Assembly (NCBI RefSeq): GCF_001194135.2
Contig: NC_068986.1
Span: 74,782,107 to 74,846,106, forward strand
Length of the DNA: 64,000 nucleotides
Source of the DNA: Octopus bimaculoides
Lineage: Eukaryota
Direction: 5' to 3'
The notes beneath the pieces are model-generated. The model searched no databases. It was not told the DNA's origin and worked only from the letters and a program-made list of their open reading frames with translations. This document shows, piece after piece, positions 1 to 12,447 of the stretch. A program made the position numbers and the translations under genes. Position 1 is the first letter of the stretch, and every line of letters starts with the position of its first letter.

Positions 1-733
1 ACATTCATTTGGTATGTATTACACATCGCAGTTTTAGACGGGAAATAAGGTATAGTCGTCTGTTACAGACACGTGTAAACTGTAGACCTCCCGCATTAAT
101 TGTTAAGCGTTGCAGCAAAAGTAGGAGCAAACAAAGAAACCAAAGTGACGTTGGTATCAACCGCCTGCCGTCTTCAGAGATTTGTCACTGCTGTAAATAC
201 TTAACATGCAGCTTTACTTCCCATTGATCCACATTCGAGGACCATTTCTCGTTCTATTGACTAAGAAGTTAACACCTAAGTTAAAATTATTAAAATTATA
301 TTTCATTATTTAGATACTTGAACATATAATTTATTATTTATTTATTTATGATTATCAGTCTATTTCGGTATTAACATATTTGAAATAGCAGTTGAGTATT
401 AATCATATTAGAATGGCTGTTATTAACTAAAATCTGTAGAATCCTATTTAACTCTCGTTGTTATTTTATTATTTTTGGTTTTAGAGAGCTCAATGTACTT
501 TGATGTATCCACCTTTGAAGCTATTTGCATAATGGCGTTTATTGAACAAGCTGTGATGAATTTGATGTTCTTATTATTGAAGTATTGATGTAAGTTATTT
601 GTTGTAAGTAATTTTGGCAGTTAAACGTCAGTACAGAAGAACTGATAATTAAATATGGAAAATTAAATATATATTATATTCAAAAGCTAAAATTTAGTTT
701 CGAATATAGGAATAGCAAATCTGAAATGAAAGT

Positions 734-802
<69 letters not shown>

Positions 803-1839
803 CCACACACACATCCCATGTATTATATTATATCACATTATTAATATTAAACTATGAAAGCAACGTTACAATATATAAGCAACAATTTCCAAGCATATTG
901 TAATATGAATAGTCAACAGTACATCAAAATTTGATTGGTTGCCGAAATAACCATTCGAAAATGTGTCTCACAGTAATCTATTCATAAGCATACACAAATC
1001 GTGTGATTATTTCCAACATCTCATATACAAAAACACATGATCAGGCATTCAGTACCATTTTAAAAATACGAAAAAAAAAAAAAAAAAAGGCAGGTGCTTG
1101 TGCAGACGTTTCTCTGTTGACGAAAAAACGATTTTTTAAAAAGTACACCTCCTCCTCGACTTACGACTGTGTTCTGTTCCGACTGACGTAAGTCATCAGT
1201 TGATCTGGTTGCATGACGGATTTACATTTTTCAACACTATCTTCATTCAAACGGATTACAAAAATATAAAACACAAGCATTTAATCCATAATTATTGTAC
1301 ATAATGTGAAAAATGCATAATATGTATATCTGTAGATGAAAGCATTTTCCTTTTACCAGTCATTTTAGGGGTATTTCAGGTAAGTTGCAACAAATCCACA
1401 CGCAATTGATGTTTGAAAGCGACTGAGAGATAGTAACAGACAGTGGATGCCTGGGTCTGAGGGAGGCCTGCGTTGCCACATGCTACCTAACGTCCGAAAA
1501 TCGATTATTTATTTATCTATTTATTTTTGGTCGTAAATGCGGATGGTCGTAAGTCGAGGAGAACGTGTATAAGACCATATTTCAGGATATGGTTAAACCG
1601 TTAGGAAATAGACAATAGTTGGAAATCCGTCAATACGTACCCATGTAAAAAGTCTGCCAGAGTTTACGTTTTGCAATCTTCTTCAAATTGCAAAAGGCTG
1701 TAATGAATGTACTATTGCTCAAAAGACAGAATCGCGTCTTCTAGAACTATTAACTTTTGGACCAACAATGTCCTAATAGATCTTAGATTTGTTAATAGTT
1801 TGAACTCTATATTAAAAAGAGTTCCCCACCACCACCACC

Positions 1840-2125
1840 GCCACTGCTTTCGGTCATGAATGACCATGGGATTGCATATAAAGATTACTTCCCGAGGCAC
1901 AATTCCTGGCAAAGTTACTTATGGAAGACCAGCAGTCACCCATGAATACCAACCTCCCTTCTTCGTGCCACCGATGTTATCCAAGGGAAAGACAAAGGCC
2001 GATGCAGCTTGGCACCAGTGACGTCGCAACTCATTTCTACAGCTGAGTGAACTGGAGCAACGTGAAATAAAGTGTCTCACTACCTCATGATTGTAAGCCT
2101 GACGCTCTAACCACTCAGCCATACG
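1840..2125 (-). mobile_element. SINE family C copy (internal deletion)
   Basis: ggtcatgaatgaccatgggattgc...ggagcaacgtgaaataaagtgtc/tcactacctcatgattgtaagcctgacgctctaaccactcagccat. Confidence 0.85.
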
Positions 2126-3520
2126 ACTATATATATTTAGATAAATACGTATAGGTGAAGTAGTGTGGCATGTAACTGTATCTGCACTTGTTGCAAGAAT
2201 ATTTCTTAACAAGGATCTTTAGGGAGTACTATAAAGCCTTTTATTTCGCCGTTATCTACAAAGAAGACATTATTTCGATAAAGCAATGTCTTGCTAAGCC
2301 ATGTTTCTCATGTGTTTATACGCGTACGTGTATGAAGCGTGCGCGTGCGCGTGCGCGTGCGTGCGTACATATGTGTATAAAGTGTGTGTGAGCGCATGAG
2401 TGTGTAGAAAAGTATTTCCCCGTGGTTGTCTATAAATTAATTTCCATAAACATAAAATCCTATAAAGACAAAGAGGTAATTTCATAGATTCAGAAGGTCT
2501 CAGTACATTACTGGTATATTGTTCTTTAGTTACTGCTATCTATTGCTTCCTATTATAACATTCTACCGTGATAGCTCCTTCAGAAATGGAACTTGCACTC
2601 CTGTTTCGATTACCGTTTAGAACAAGTATTATATTCGTTATACTCATGCACAACGAAACACCTTGCTCGGTCCTTGAATGTTGCAACAAGTTTTGGCACA
2701 TACGTTACAAGTCTTACATCTAGTTATCTGTTACAGTTTTCGATCATATAATTGTGTTAATGTTGGCTGCGATATGACTTAATATATCGCATCAGAGATA
2801 TCAACTTTATTTTATGAAGAAATCAATCTATTATTATTTCTTAAGTATACATTATTCCTCAGGTTTGTAACTGAGGGAGCTTTAGAGACGACATTCAGAC
2901 GCTGTCAAAAGCAAGCAATTAAAAGAATATTATAAAAGATATCTCTATGTAAGACCTGTGACATGTTAAAATTAGTTGAAACACGCAAAGATACAGTTAA
3001 GGGTTTCATTGCGAAAGAGTATGGCGAATATGGAAGCTTGTTCTAAACGATTATCGAAACACGATTGTGAGTTCCATTTGTGAGGGAGCTTACACAGTAG
3101 AATGTTCTAACAGGAAGCAATAAATAGCAATAACTTTTAATAGACCAGTTGGGATGTATCAATGCAAGGGCACATTGAGCATCTGTCCGGGGGCCTCACA
3201 GGTCTATGGGGGCCAATTCTGATCTACGTATTCTGTGGCTTGCTGTCAATAAATAGACACTAATAGGGCTGAGTGCTCTGATTTGCCCAGAGGCCTACAA
3301 TGTTGTTAAAAACGGTCCAGTAGGCCAGTGTACATCACTAAATTCACGAAGAATCAACGATACTGTCTCCATGCGGTCATTCAATTTGTTAGAAAAATCA
3401 GCCAAATCTTTTTCAAATCTCAGCTTTCTTTCTTTAAAAGAAGCGAAGCATCGTTTCGAAATATCGACATCGATATAGCGGAAGATAAGAATAACGTTAG
3501 GTACCTTCTCGAATCATGCC

Positions 3521-3750
3521 GACTCATAAGGGCCGGTTTTTCGGTTTCCCGGTTTCTATGGTGTATAAATTCCCAAATGGACGGGACGCCGGTTCGTCAT
3601 AGCATTACTCATTTTTGCTAGCTGAGTGGACTAAAGCAATGTAAAATGAAGTGTTTTGCTCAAGAATACAACGCATCACCCGGTCTAGGAATCGAAACCA
3701 CAATCTTACGCTTATGAATCCAACACCCTAACCACTAAGCCATGTGCCTC
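3521..3750 (-). mobile_element. SINE family C variant (same head and central domain, different tail)
   Basis: gctgagtggactaaagcaatgtaaaatgaagtgttttgctcaagaatacaac...ccctaaccactaagccatgtgcc, with tail gggacgccggttcgtc. Confidence 0.75.
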
Positions 3751-4444
3751 CACAAGAATCTTCAGTAACAACAACACCTGAGGGCGAAAGTAATTGTGAA
3801 AGGAAAAATTACTGTAAACATAAGTGGGGAGCATTATCGAAATGTCGTGTATCATTGCAGAATATACACGAAAAAAGAAACTACGAGAATCGTATAGAGC
3901 TCTACAGCAGTTGTATTAATGGACGAACAACATATATCAATATACACAACAATATATAGCCCCAATTTTGACACAATTAATTCCGGAATTTTAAGTAGAG
4001 TAAATTCTATGTCTACCACACATCATAAACCTGTTTATAACTTAGTTCTTACATTGCAAACGAAATTCATTGTACAATCATAATTCATTGTGCAATCATT
4101 TCATTTTCTAACGTTTGTTTACAGTAAAGTAATTTGAATTAAAATGATGAAAGTTGGTGTTTTTTTTTATAGTTAAGCAGATTTAATTTTGACTTGATTT
4201 AATTTCATTGCTTTATTTTTCCATTTAGCAAATAGAAGCTATAATCCGCCAAGTGAAATTCTAGTTACTACTAGAATATGCAAACGAAAGATCTACAAAA
4301 GAAGACCTTTTCTAGATGTAGGCTACACTAAGACAGCAATATAACAATTTCTGACATTAAACTAAATAAAACATACAAACACATTCAGACACATCCATAC
4401 ACATATACACATCTAAATATAAAAATGCACATGTATGTACGTGT

Positions 4445-4453
4445 GTCGTGAGC

Positions 4454-4484
<31 letters not shown>

Positions 4485-4561
4485 TGTATGTACATATGTA
4501 TGTATATATATGTTCGTATGTATGTATATATATATNNNNNNNNNNTATATGTATATGTATG

Positions 4562-4624
<63 letters not shown>

Positions 4625-4625
4625 A
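4445..4625. repeat. (TATG)n/(TA)n/(TAGA)n compound microsatellite
   Basis: Direct reading. Similar arrays occur at ~737-800 (CT), 7550-7640 and 14095-14175 (TG), 22945-23260, 23985-24075, 41160-41250 (AAT), 45730-45860, 61565-61730 and 62110-62305. Confidence 0.95.
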
Positions 4626-4901
4626 GAGGGAGAGAGAGGGGGAAGAGCGGGAGAGGGAGAGATAGGGATACATGAGCATTGATTCAACTGATCATAAATG
4701 CTTTATATCTTTTGACAGCAAACTTTTACGAGAAAAATGAAAATATTTCATGAAAATATAATTTTTTTCCGGTGGTCGTAGATATAAATGATACTTTAAT
4801 AGCTTCTAATGTCCTGCTTTATTCAATAATAATAAATCCCGTTAAGTTATTAAGGATCAGCATGTTCGTGTTTCACTCGTGCTCAACTCTGTTGGAGTCA
4901 C

Positions 4902-6332
4902 CTTGGCATATCACATCTAAACACAAATTGGTCTATGCTGAAATATTCAACTCCCTGAGAAACTGGGTTTGCTTTAGAAAATATGTTGTAATGTGTTCGC
5001 CTACAATACATCAGTAAAATGTAAATAAATATACAATATTATACCATAGAAGAATTTATACGAAAACTAATCAGACATGAATGTTTTAACTGTTTGGTTG
5101 CAGTTTCAGATACTGATGCTCACTACTAAAATATCGCACGTAAAAATTAACTTTTTAATAACTCAAAAGTAGCACTGTGATAGATTAACGTTGGTAACTC
5201 TGTGATAAATTGATGTTTATGTTTGAAAATGTGAAAAACAATCGCAAAATTAGATATTGATGGCTTTATTAGTTTCGTTTTCGTTTAATTTCTATTTAAG
5301 TTGCAAAACATAAACCGTATTTACAAATAATTTATGATAACAAAATAACTTCCATGATGATTTTTAAAATGTTTTAAAAAAGTTAATTATTTGATATTTA
5401 GTATTGACTTTAAAAATATTTGTATCGCTTATTTTGTGAAATAATGTGAACGTAGCCAATACTGGTAAAACATTATGATATAGTTTGTACATCATCAAAA
5501 TGCTCCGCATTTCAGTATAAAGAATATGGTTTAACGATATAGCTTAGCAGTAATAATGTTGTTTTATACAATATAATATGGTATACGTACACAATGCACT
5601 ATTCTACACCATGTTTCATAGTACATACAATATTGCATGATTAAGGTATTGTATATATGTCGTTTTGTATAGCACGATGATGTAGTAGAATTTGATTAGT
5701 TATATTGTGTTGCACAAGTTGCTAAAGCGTGCATAATTTGTGATATAAATGGCATAAAAGTGATACACGATACAATTGTACATTTGCAAAGCAAATTAAA
5801 GAAGAACGGCATGTAAATTGTTGACAATGTCAATGAAACCTCGTGAAAGAAAACTCCTGTAGTCTTTTACAGTTGCAGTCTCCACAAATGATAATATAAT
5901 CGACGAACTATAAAAATGTTTGTCTGTTAAATAGAAATACGTGTAATAGGAAGTGAAGGATCCGTTTCTTTTTTTCCCCCTCAAGAAACTATCCTATGAG
6001 TTAATCCCAGTGAGGCTTAACTCCATCCATTTCATCCGTCATATTGTAACAACTCATCTGTCATCTAAAATTTTTCAATGGCGTCTTGTATACAATTACA
6101 AGCATAAAAAATGTTGTTTTCACCAATCACTGTTGTTTGTGTGTAGACATAAAGGTTTATTTCGTCAATTACGATATTTACTTGCATATTCCATTCACTT
6201 CCTCTCTTTCTCACTCTTCTCTCCTTCTTACTTCATCTTTTCTCCTATCTTTTCCTTTCTTTCTCATTCATTCACTCATTTCTGCTTCTCCTTGAAAACA
6301 TCCTCCATTTCAAATTCACTGTTTCTTTATGT
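4902..6332 (-). CDS. Candidate minus-strand exon pair (6332-6276 and 5000-4902), product unidentified
   Basis: Acceptors tgtcatttcAG and ttttactgatgtattgtAG; donors GA|GTGAAT and AG|GTGACT. Both exons are phase 2-2 (57 and 99 nt) and give HKETVNLKWRMFSRRSRN-E-RTHYNIFSKANPVSQGVEYFSIDQFVFRCDMP(R). No recognised domain. Confidence 0.3.
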
Positions 6333-7545
6333 CTGAAATGACATTTACGAGTATTAATGTCATCGACAGCATTTAGTTACTTCATAAACTTTCTTCTTGC
6401 CCTCCCATCGCTTTATGCTAGTTCGACGCTCGTGTACGAAGGAGATGATAAGGTTGTCTTTACCTTAAAAGTCAAGTGATTTCAAGAGGTTTGCTTTACC
6501 CGGAGTCAATAGATCGTTCAGTTTCATAGGGATGGAAGACTATTAAACAACGGCGAAATATATTGACTTGAGTGTATCTCATAAAATTTATTCTAAACTT
6601 TCTAACATTTCTGTTGAATCCTCGAATACTGAACGAACTGCTCATGTTTCAAAATCTTTTATTAAACAACATTAATACCTTTTACTAAATAAAGAGACAC
6701 TGCTTTGTATTTATAAGCAGTAAACCATTTTTGTTGCATAGAAGTTAAAAGTGTCAATAAAGTTAGGACAGAGTGTGTTGAATTGAAGTATTCTGGGTAA
6801 ATCGGTGGAATACATACATCTGAAATAATCAGTGCTTTGTGCAGATGACATATAATACTACATATTGGACCACACTAAAGTCCAAATGAGATGTTATTCT
6901 CCAAACAAACCTGAATAATGGATCAAGATTACATAGCTTCACATCCTATATAAAATGTTATTTTATCAAGGAAATCTTAACTGAAGATAAATTTTGCAGT
7001 ATTGGTATTCGCAACTCAGAACTATTTCTCTTCTACACATCTGTGTATTTCAGTGCACCAGATGTGTGTCACTTATCTGTTTTGATCAGTCAGTTAAATA
7101 CTTACTACATCTAACGCATAAAACTTTATTCTATAACCGACCTACTCTTCAATATCATCAAACACATCCGTCTATCTGAAATTCCATTAAATATTATTCC
7201 GAACAAGGGCGGGATTTAGGTATTAGATTAACATACTAAATTTGATGACATCACAGTCTGAAGTGTTTTCGAAATCTTAGAATATCTATTTTCTTGTCCG
7301 TTAGTGTTTTATTACAATTAATCTGTAAGAATTGATTTAGCTGAATTTTATTGACAACAATTAACATTAACAGATTATAACAAAAGATAATTAGTTACAC
7401 AATTTTGTTGTATTGGATTTCGTTATTTTATAAATATGTTAAAATATCAATTATTGTTATTTTCAATGTTACATGTTTTTGCGTACGAGAGAATCTTTAA
7501 AATTTGTGTATGTATGCATGTAGTATGTGTGCCTGCGTGCGTGTT

Positions 7546-7601
<56 letters not shown>

Positions 7602-7691
7602 TGTGTTTGTATGTGTGTGTGTTTGTGTTTGTGTGTCTGTGTCTCTGCACATGTATGTGTGATTTCATTTTTAATTATATTCATTCGGAAA

Positions 7692-8210
7692 ATAATTTGC
7701 ACATCCAACTTAAATTGGATGTGTTATTTAGATCGCCTTAAACAAATGTTAACGTCCAGATACACCGTCTACACCATTTCATGTTAACGATACTGCTAAT
7801 GAAGCAAAGACTATATCGGCTGACGAAATGATCGTCTGCTCCGATAAATGGCACTACCGTATCACGTGATTTTAATATTTGTTGCAGATCATCGGCGGCA
7901 ACCAGTTTCGCACCGAGGGCCAAAACGAAAATCAACCAAATCGATATAGCTTAATAATGGTCAAACGGTTTGACTAATTTTCATTCTGGCATTCGGTGCG
8001 AGGCTGGCTACCGCTGATAATCCGCAACTAACAGTGAAATCACGTGGTACAGCATTGCAATCCTCCAGAGCAGACGATCAGTTTCGTCAGCCGATATAGT
8101 CGGTGCCTAATTAGTATGTATTGTCAACATGAAATGCCATCTCTGGACGTTAACAGCAGTTTAAAGTGACGTAAACAGCACATCCAATTCAAGTTGGATA
8201 AGCTAATTAT
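7692..8210. mobile_element. Fold-back / MITE-like element with ~230-bp inverted arms
   Basis: Left gactatatcggctgacgaaatgatcgtctgctc pairs with right gagcagacgatcagtttcgtcagccgatatagtc. Terminal catccaacttaaattggatgtg pairs with cacatccaattcaagttggata. Central spacer ~45 nt at ~7930-7975. Confidence 0.75.
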
Positions 8211-9009
8211 AATTCGTTAGAATCACTGCTACTGTCGCTAACGGCTAATTTATATTCATTTTTCATATCAGAGAAGAAACAGAATTTGGATAACATAAAT
8301 TATAAAAATTACACGTTGAACTTTCCATATTTTTCTGTTCAACGTACAGAGTGTATTTGCAATGTGTGTGTTTGGCAGTCACATTTCTATCTGAAAATCT
8401 TAGCTTTTCGAAATTGCCACTTAATTTCTAACATAACTAAGAACACTAATAATTATCAATATATCAATTTATAATTTGGATAAAACCACTGCAGGTTCGA
8501 AGCCATCGTTCACAAATACTCTCCTTAATGGTGATTTTAGAGAGCATACTCACATCTTCAGGGCGGTTATGACTACACAATGTTTCTTTTCTTTCCAAAA
8601 ACCTATATCAGGCCTGTTATATTTGCAGCTAGCGGTAATTGTGATAGGAATGCTCCACCAATATTCTTTGTGGTAGAATATATGTGTTAACTAATAGAAA
8701 TATTCTTTATATTTTTTAAAGGATATTCTTTATTACGGATGACACTGTTTATTGTTTTAACAACAACACGCCGCCATTGAAGGTGGTAACTTAATGACAT
8801 ATCAAAGAAGCTGTTGACATATAATATCTTCCACAAGAATCTGCCCCAATCTATATTTCCGTTCGTAACTTTGGGCGAGGTGTGGGGGTTAAAGTCTTTT
8901 CTTCTTCTATTAAGTATTTTCTTAACTCCAGCACTTTGACATCAACTGCATAACCTTCGAGATTTTATGTGATGCGAAGGCCACTAGTCCAAGAGAGGAT
9001 ACACTTCTC

Positions 9010-9735
9010 GAGTTCAACTTCCGCTGATGTTGACTTTGCCTTTCATCCTTTCGCATTCGATAAAATAATTGCCATTTGAGCACTGACGTCGATGTAATCG
9101 ACTTAACTCCTCCTCTGAAATTGCCGGCCTTGTACAAAAATTTGAACCCAATATTATTTTTCTCTAGTTTATTGTTGCCAACTGAGTACTTCCGAAGAAG
9201 TCTGGTATTTAATGGTTTTGAAACCAGAATATTGCTTTCTTTGAGATGGTCCCAAGTGAGCCGACCACAGTAAGTACCACACTCACTTTTGAGGCACACG
9301 AATGTATTTCACTTCCAGAGCAAAGTCTTTGTTCTTCCCCAACTTTCTCGACCTCTGTCCACACAATATTGTGATCTGTAGGAATAGCTTCATCGATGAA
9401 GGTTCATCGTTTGGACTCCTTCCGTAGGAGAGTGAAATCTAGTTCGGTAATATTGCAGCTTCTTCTCTGAGTAGATTGGTATGTCTCGTTTGAGTTCCAA
9501 TTGATCACCTTCTACTACTGGCAAAAGTTGGTACTCATACCATTTGTTGGAACATTCTAACCCATACTTGCTACAAAACACCCTGTGTATTCACATGTGG
9601 TTGTTGTTGGTGTTAAGCCGGCTGGTTGGTAGAATCGTTAGCACGCCTAGCCAAATTCTTCGCGGCATTTCGTTCGTCTTTACGTTCTAAGTTCAAATGC
9701 CGTCGGGGTCGATTTGGCCTTTCATTCTTTCAGGA
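9010..9735 (+). mobile_element. SINE family B fragments (3' part 9010-9160; 5' part 9615-9735)
   Basis: gttcaacttccgctgatgttgactttgcctttcatcc...ggccttgtacaaaaatttgaac, and ggtagaatcgttagcacgcc...gttcaaatgccgtcgggg. Confidence 0.75.
9240..9590 (-). mobile_element. Degenerate R4/Dong-type REL-domain fragment
   Basis: KWYEYQLLPVVEGDQLELKRDIPIYSEKKL and VSVVLTVVGSLGTIS match the KWYEH-P...WD..I and IVxGxLG motifs of REL elements. Confidence 0.55.
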
Positions 9736-11399
9736 TGTAGAAAGAATTATTTCTATTCATATCATATTTGTTAAACCTACTGCGCAACAGTTGGAGAACG
9801 TGCTTGTCTAATGTGGTGTGTTAGATACCTTACAACAAACAAACAGGTGCCAAGGGTCGCTAATTCTTTCATGAAAACAACGTTATCCTTCTCATATGAA
9901 GATGCTGCTTTCGGTCGCGGCTCCAGGATTTATCCTAATTAGCCATGACTTCAGCATATAACATTATTTTCACTTCTATAATTTCCATCTTCGTTTATAA
10001 TTTTATCAACAACCTACTTTTTCCCCAAGTCTTGAAATTTGTTTCTTTTTCTTTATGAACCTAACTTTCATTAAGAACATGCGAACAATAATTCTTCGAT
10101 CATTATCCAAATTACGAAAGCAAACCAATTTTTTTTTCTGGTTCCTATATGCTTTGAAGTGAAAAGGAAAAATCAGTTGAACAATCTGATCTACGCTCAT
10201 TTATCAGATTAAGGGATATTCGTATTCTATGGTTAATTATAATATTCCTATGAAACGCAACATAAATTCTGGTTAAATTCCTTAGATTATAGGGTAGATC
10301 TGTGTATGTATGTTTGCAATATTCTCTCTTTTGTTTGAATATATTTGTACGTGTATTACCAATGCTGTCGTTCTCACAACGTAATTAAAACTGAGGGACA
10401 CTTAGTGATGATGATGTTAGATAAAGGTTGTTTGGTGCTGTGAGTCATGTATCATCTGACGGAACGACTAATGATTCATGTTTCAACCAAATATGTTCAC
10501 ATATACAGGCAATCACACACATACACGTATACACGCATATATATTATATACGTATTATATATAATTTATATATATTACATATTTGTGCATACGTATGTGT
10601 GCGTATATTTATATAGTTATACGTACGTATATCTATACAAATACACAGAGACATATACATGCGTATGCATATATATGTCTGTACCTGTATGTGTTACGAC
10701 GGTACGTGTGTGTATAGGTGAATGAGTGTGTATGTATGTGAACTTGGGTGTAGTTGTATCTGTGAATATTTTCCCATGTGCAACAATTTAGTAGTAATTT
10801 TCAGTTGCTTTTGTGTGACAGGTAGGCTGATGTCTCTCTAGTGCACTCTTTTTCTTTCTTTCTTTTCTTTTTTCCTTATCACACACGCTAAGAGGCGAAA
10901 TATAAATGAAATAAATATCGCTGATTATCAGGATTTTGCTTTGCGGAAAAAAAAAATGTCGGTTTTCGTGATACGTTAAATAACACGGAATTTACTGTCA
11001 ACTGTGTATTTTATTCGATGTTTTAGCTTTCCAATTGATAATGCAGCCTGGTGCACTGTTTCATGCTGCTGTTGACAACATCTCTAAACAAAAAGATAGG
11101 TTTGTATACAGTCATTTTATCAGAACAGTAGTGAATATATAACTACAATATTTTAATTATTTTTCCTAATTTTGGTACTGTCCAGACATACCATGTTTTA
11201 TGAATTAAGGTTTATTTTGTAATACACCATGGCATCAACAATGTACATTGCAGCGCGTCATTAATTTATTACTCGAGGTAGCTTACAACAATGCATCATT
11301 TATGGAAATCAGTATATTCGATTTTAAAATGTTTTCGGTAATAGAAGCTACAAAAATAATATAGTCGTTGATAGTCAAAGAACGTTTTCTACATTTTAG

Positions 11400-11970
11400 G
11401 TGAAATTTCAATAAAGTTTGAAATCGAGTCAGCTGATCTCTCTTTCTTTGACCACAGTGAAATTGCTTTAGAAAACGGTATTTTACGAATAACCAGTGTA
11501 TTTAATTAATATTAATTTACATCTAAAGGCTTAGTCTGCAGCAAATTATTGCACCATGCCATACTCTGTCGTTTGATTTGATATATGAAATACTCTGAAT
11601 GGTTTAATGAGTGCACCACTACACAAAAAAATTAATTATTGTCAAAACATATACATGTACAACACCGAATTTCCAGATACTGATAGTACGTGGTCTCTTA
11701 TCCGCATTAACTTACGAGCAGGAACTATAAATTCTCACGGCTGTCAGATTAGTTTACCGTTATCTTGCACAGACTAGTATCTTATATTGTATAGTATTAA
11801 TAGACTTAAATAATACTAATGCACTGGTACAAATATTACATTTGATATGTGTTTAACTTAGCGTATGGCTTTGGCCACTCCCGTATTTGGAAAAATCTGT
11901 AAACCAGAAAGGCTTTGGAACTAAGGATTCCGGAAATGTTGTGCCTGTACTGGATATCAGCAATGAATAA
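11400..11970 (+). CDS. Candidate host-gene exon cluster (exons 11400-11477, 11677-11776, 11862-~11970), product unidentified
   Basis: Acceptors ttctacattttAG, aatttccAG and gtttaacttAG; donors G|GTATTT and TA|GTATCT. Splice phases match (1-1, 1-2, 2-) and give GEISIKFEIESADLSFFDHSEIALEN|DTDSTWSLIRINLRAGTINSHGCQISLPLSCTD|YVWLWPLPYLEKS... The junction TA|C makes Tyr in the only long open frame. Introns are 199 and 85 nt; the second has a TACTAAT branch-like site. The end of the third exon is uncertain. Confidence 0.5.
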
Positions 11971-12447
11971 TAAAGGACTATCTTTTGCAGATAGATTACA
12001 TGGGACTTTAAATAAGTGATACAAATGTTGAAATAATTCGGTTGCGTAGAAAAACTGCGAAAGCACAAATTGATATGATACCTAAATTAATATAAGAAAG
12101 CTTGTTTAAACCAACCGATATGACACATAAGAACATATAAGTCGAACTAATAATATTGAATGTTGTCACCGTAGAACTAGTTGGAAGATTATTTTGAAGA
12201 TATTTATTCATTATGATGCTGTCTTCAAAAAATATTCAGATTTCATTTTGAATTACTTCTGTTAATTTTAAAAATCATTAGCTGCCTCCAAAATCAAATG
12301 AAAACATTGTCAGAAAAAAGAGAAACTTCTTAACTTTGTTAGAAATGTAAATGAAATTAGAAAATCCCTTCAAAGGGGTGTGTAAAACGTCTAATTCATT
12401 GGTACGTCTGTTGAATCCAACATAAATACCGGTATAATCCAAATTAC

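Noticed and set aside
3322-3520. Open frames on both strands between a decayed MITE-like repeat and a SINE
   Set aside because: No phase-compatible splice sites link it to the neighbouring candidate exons, and no recognisable domain is present.
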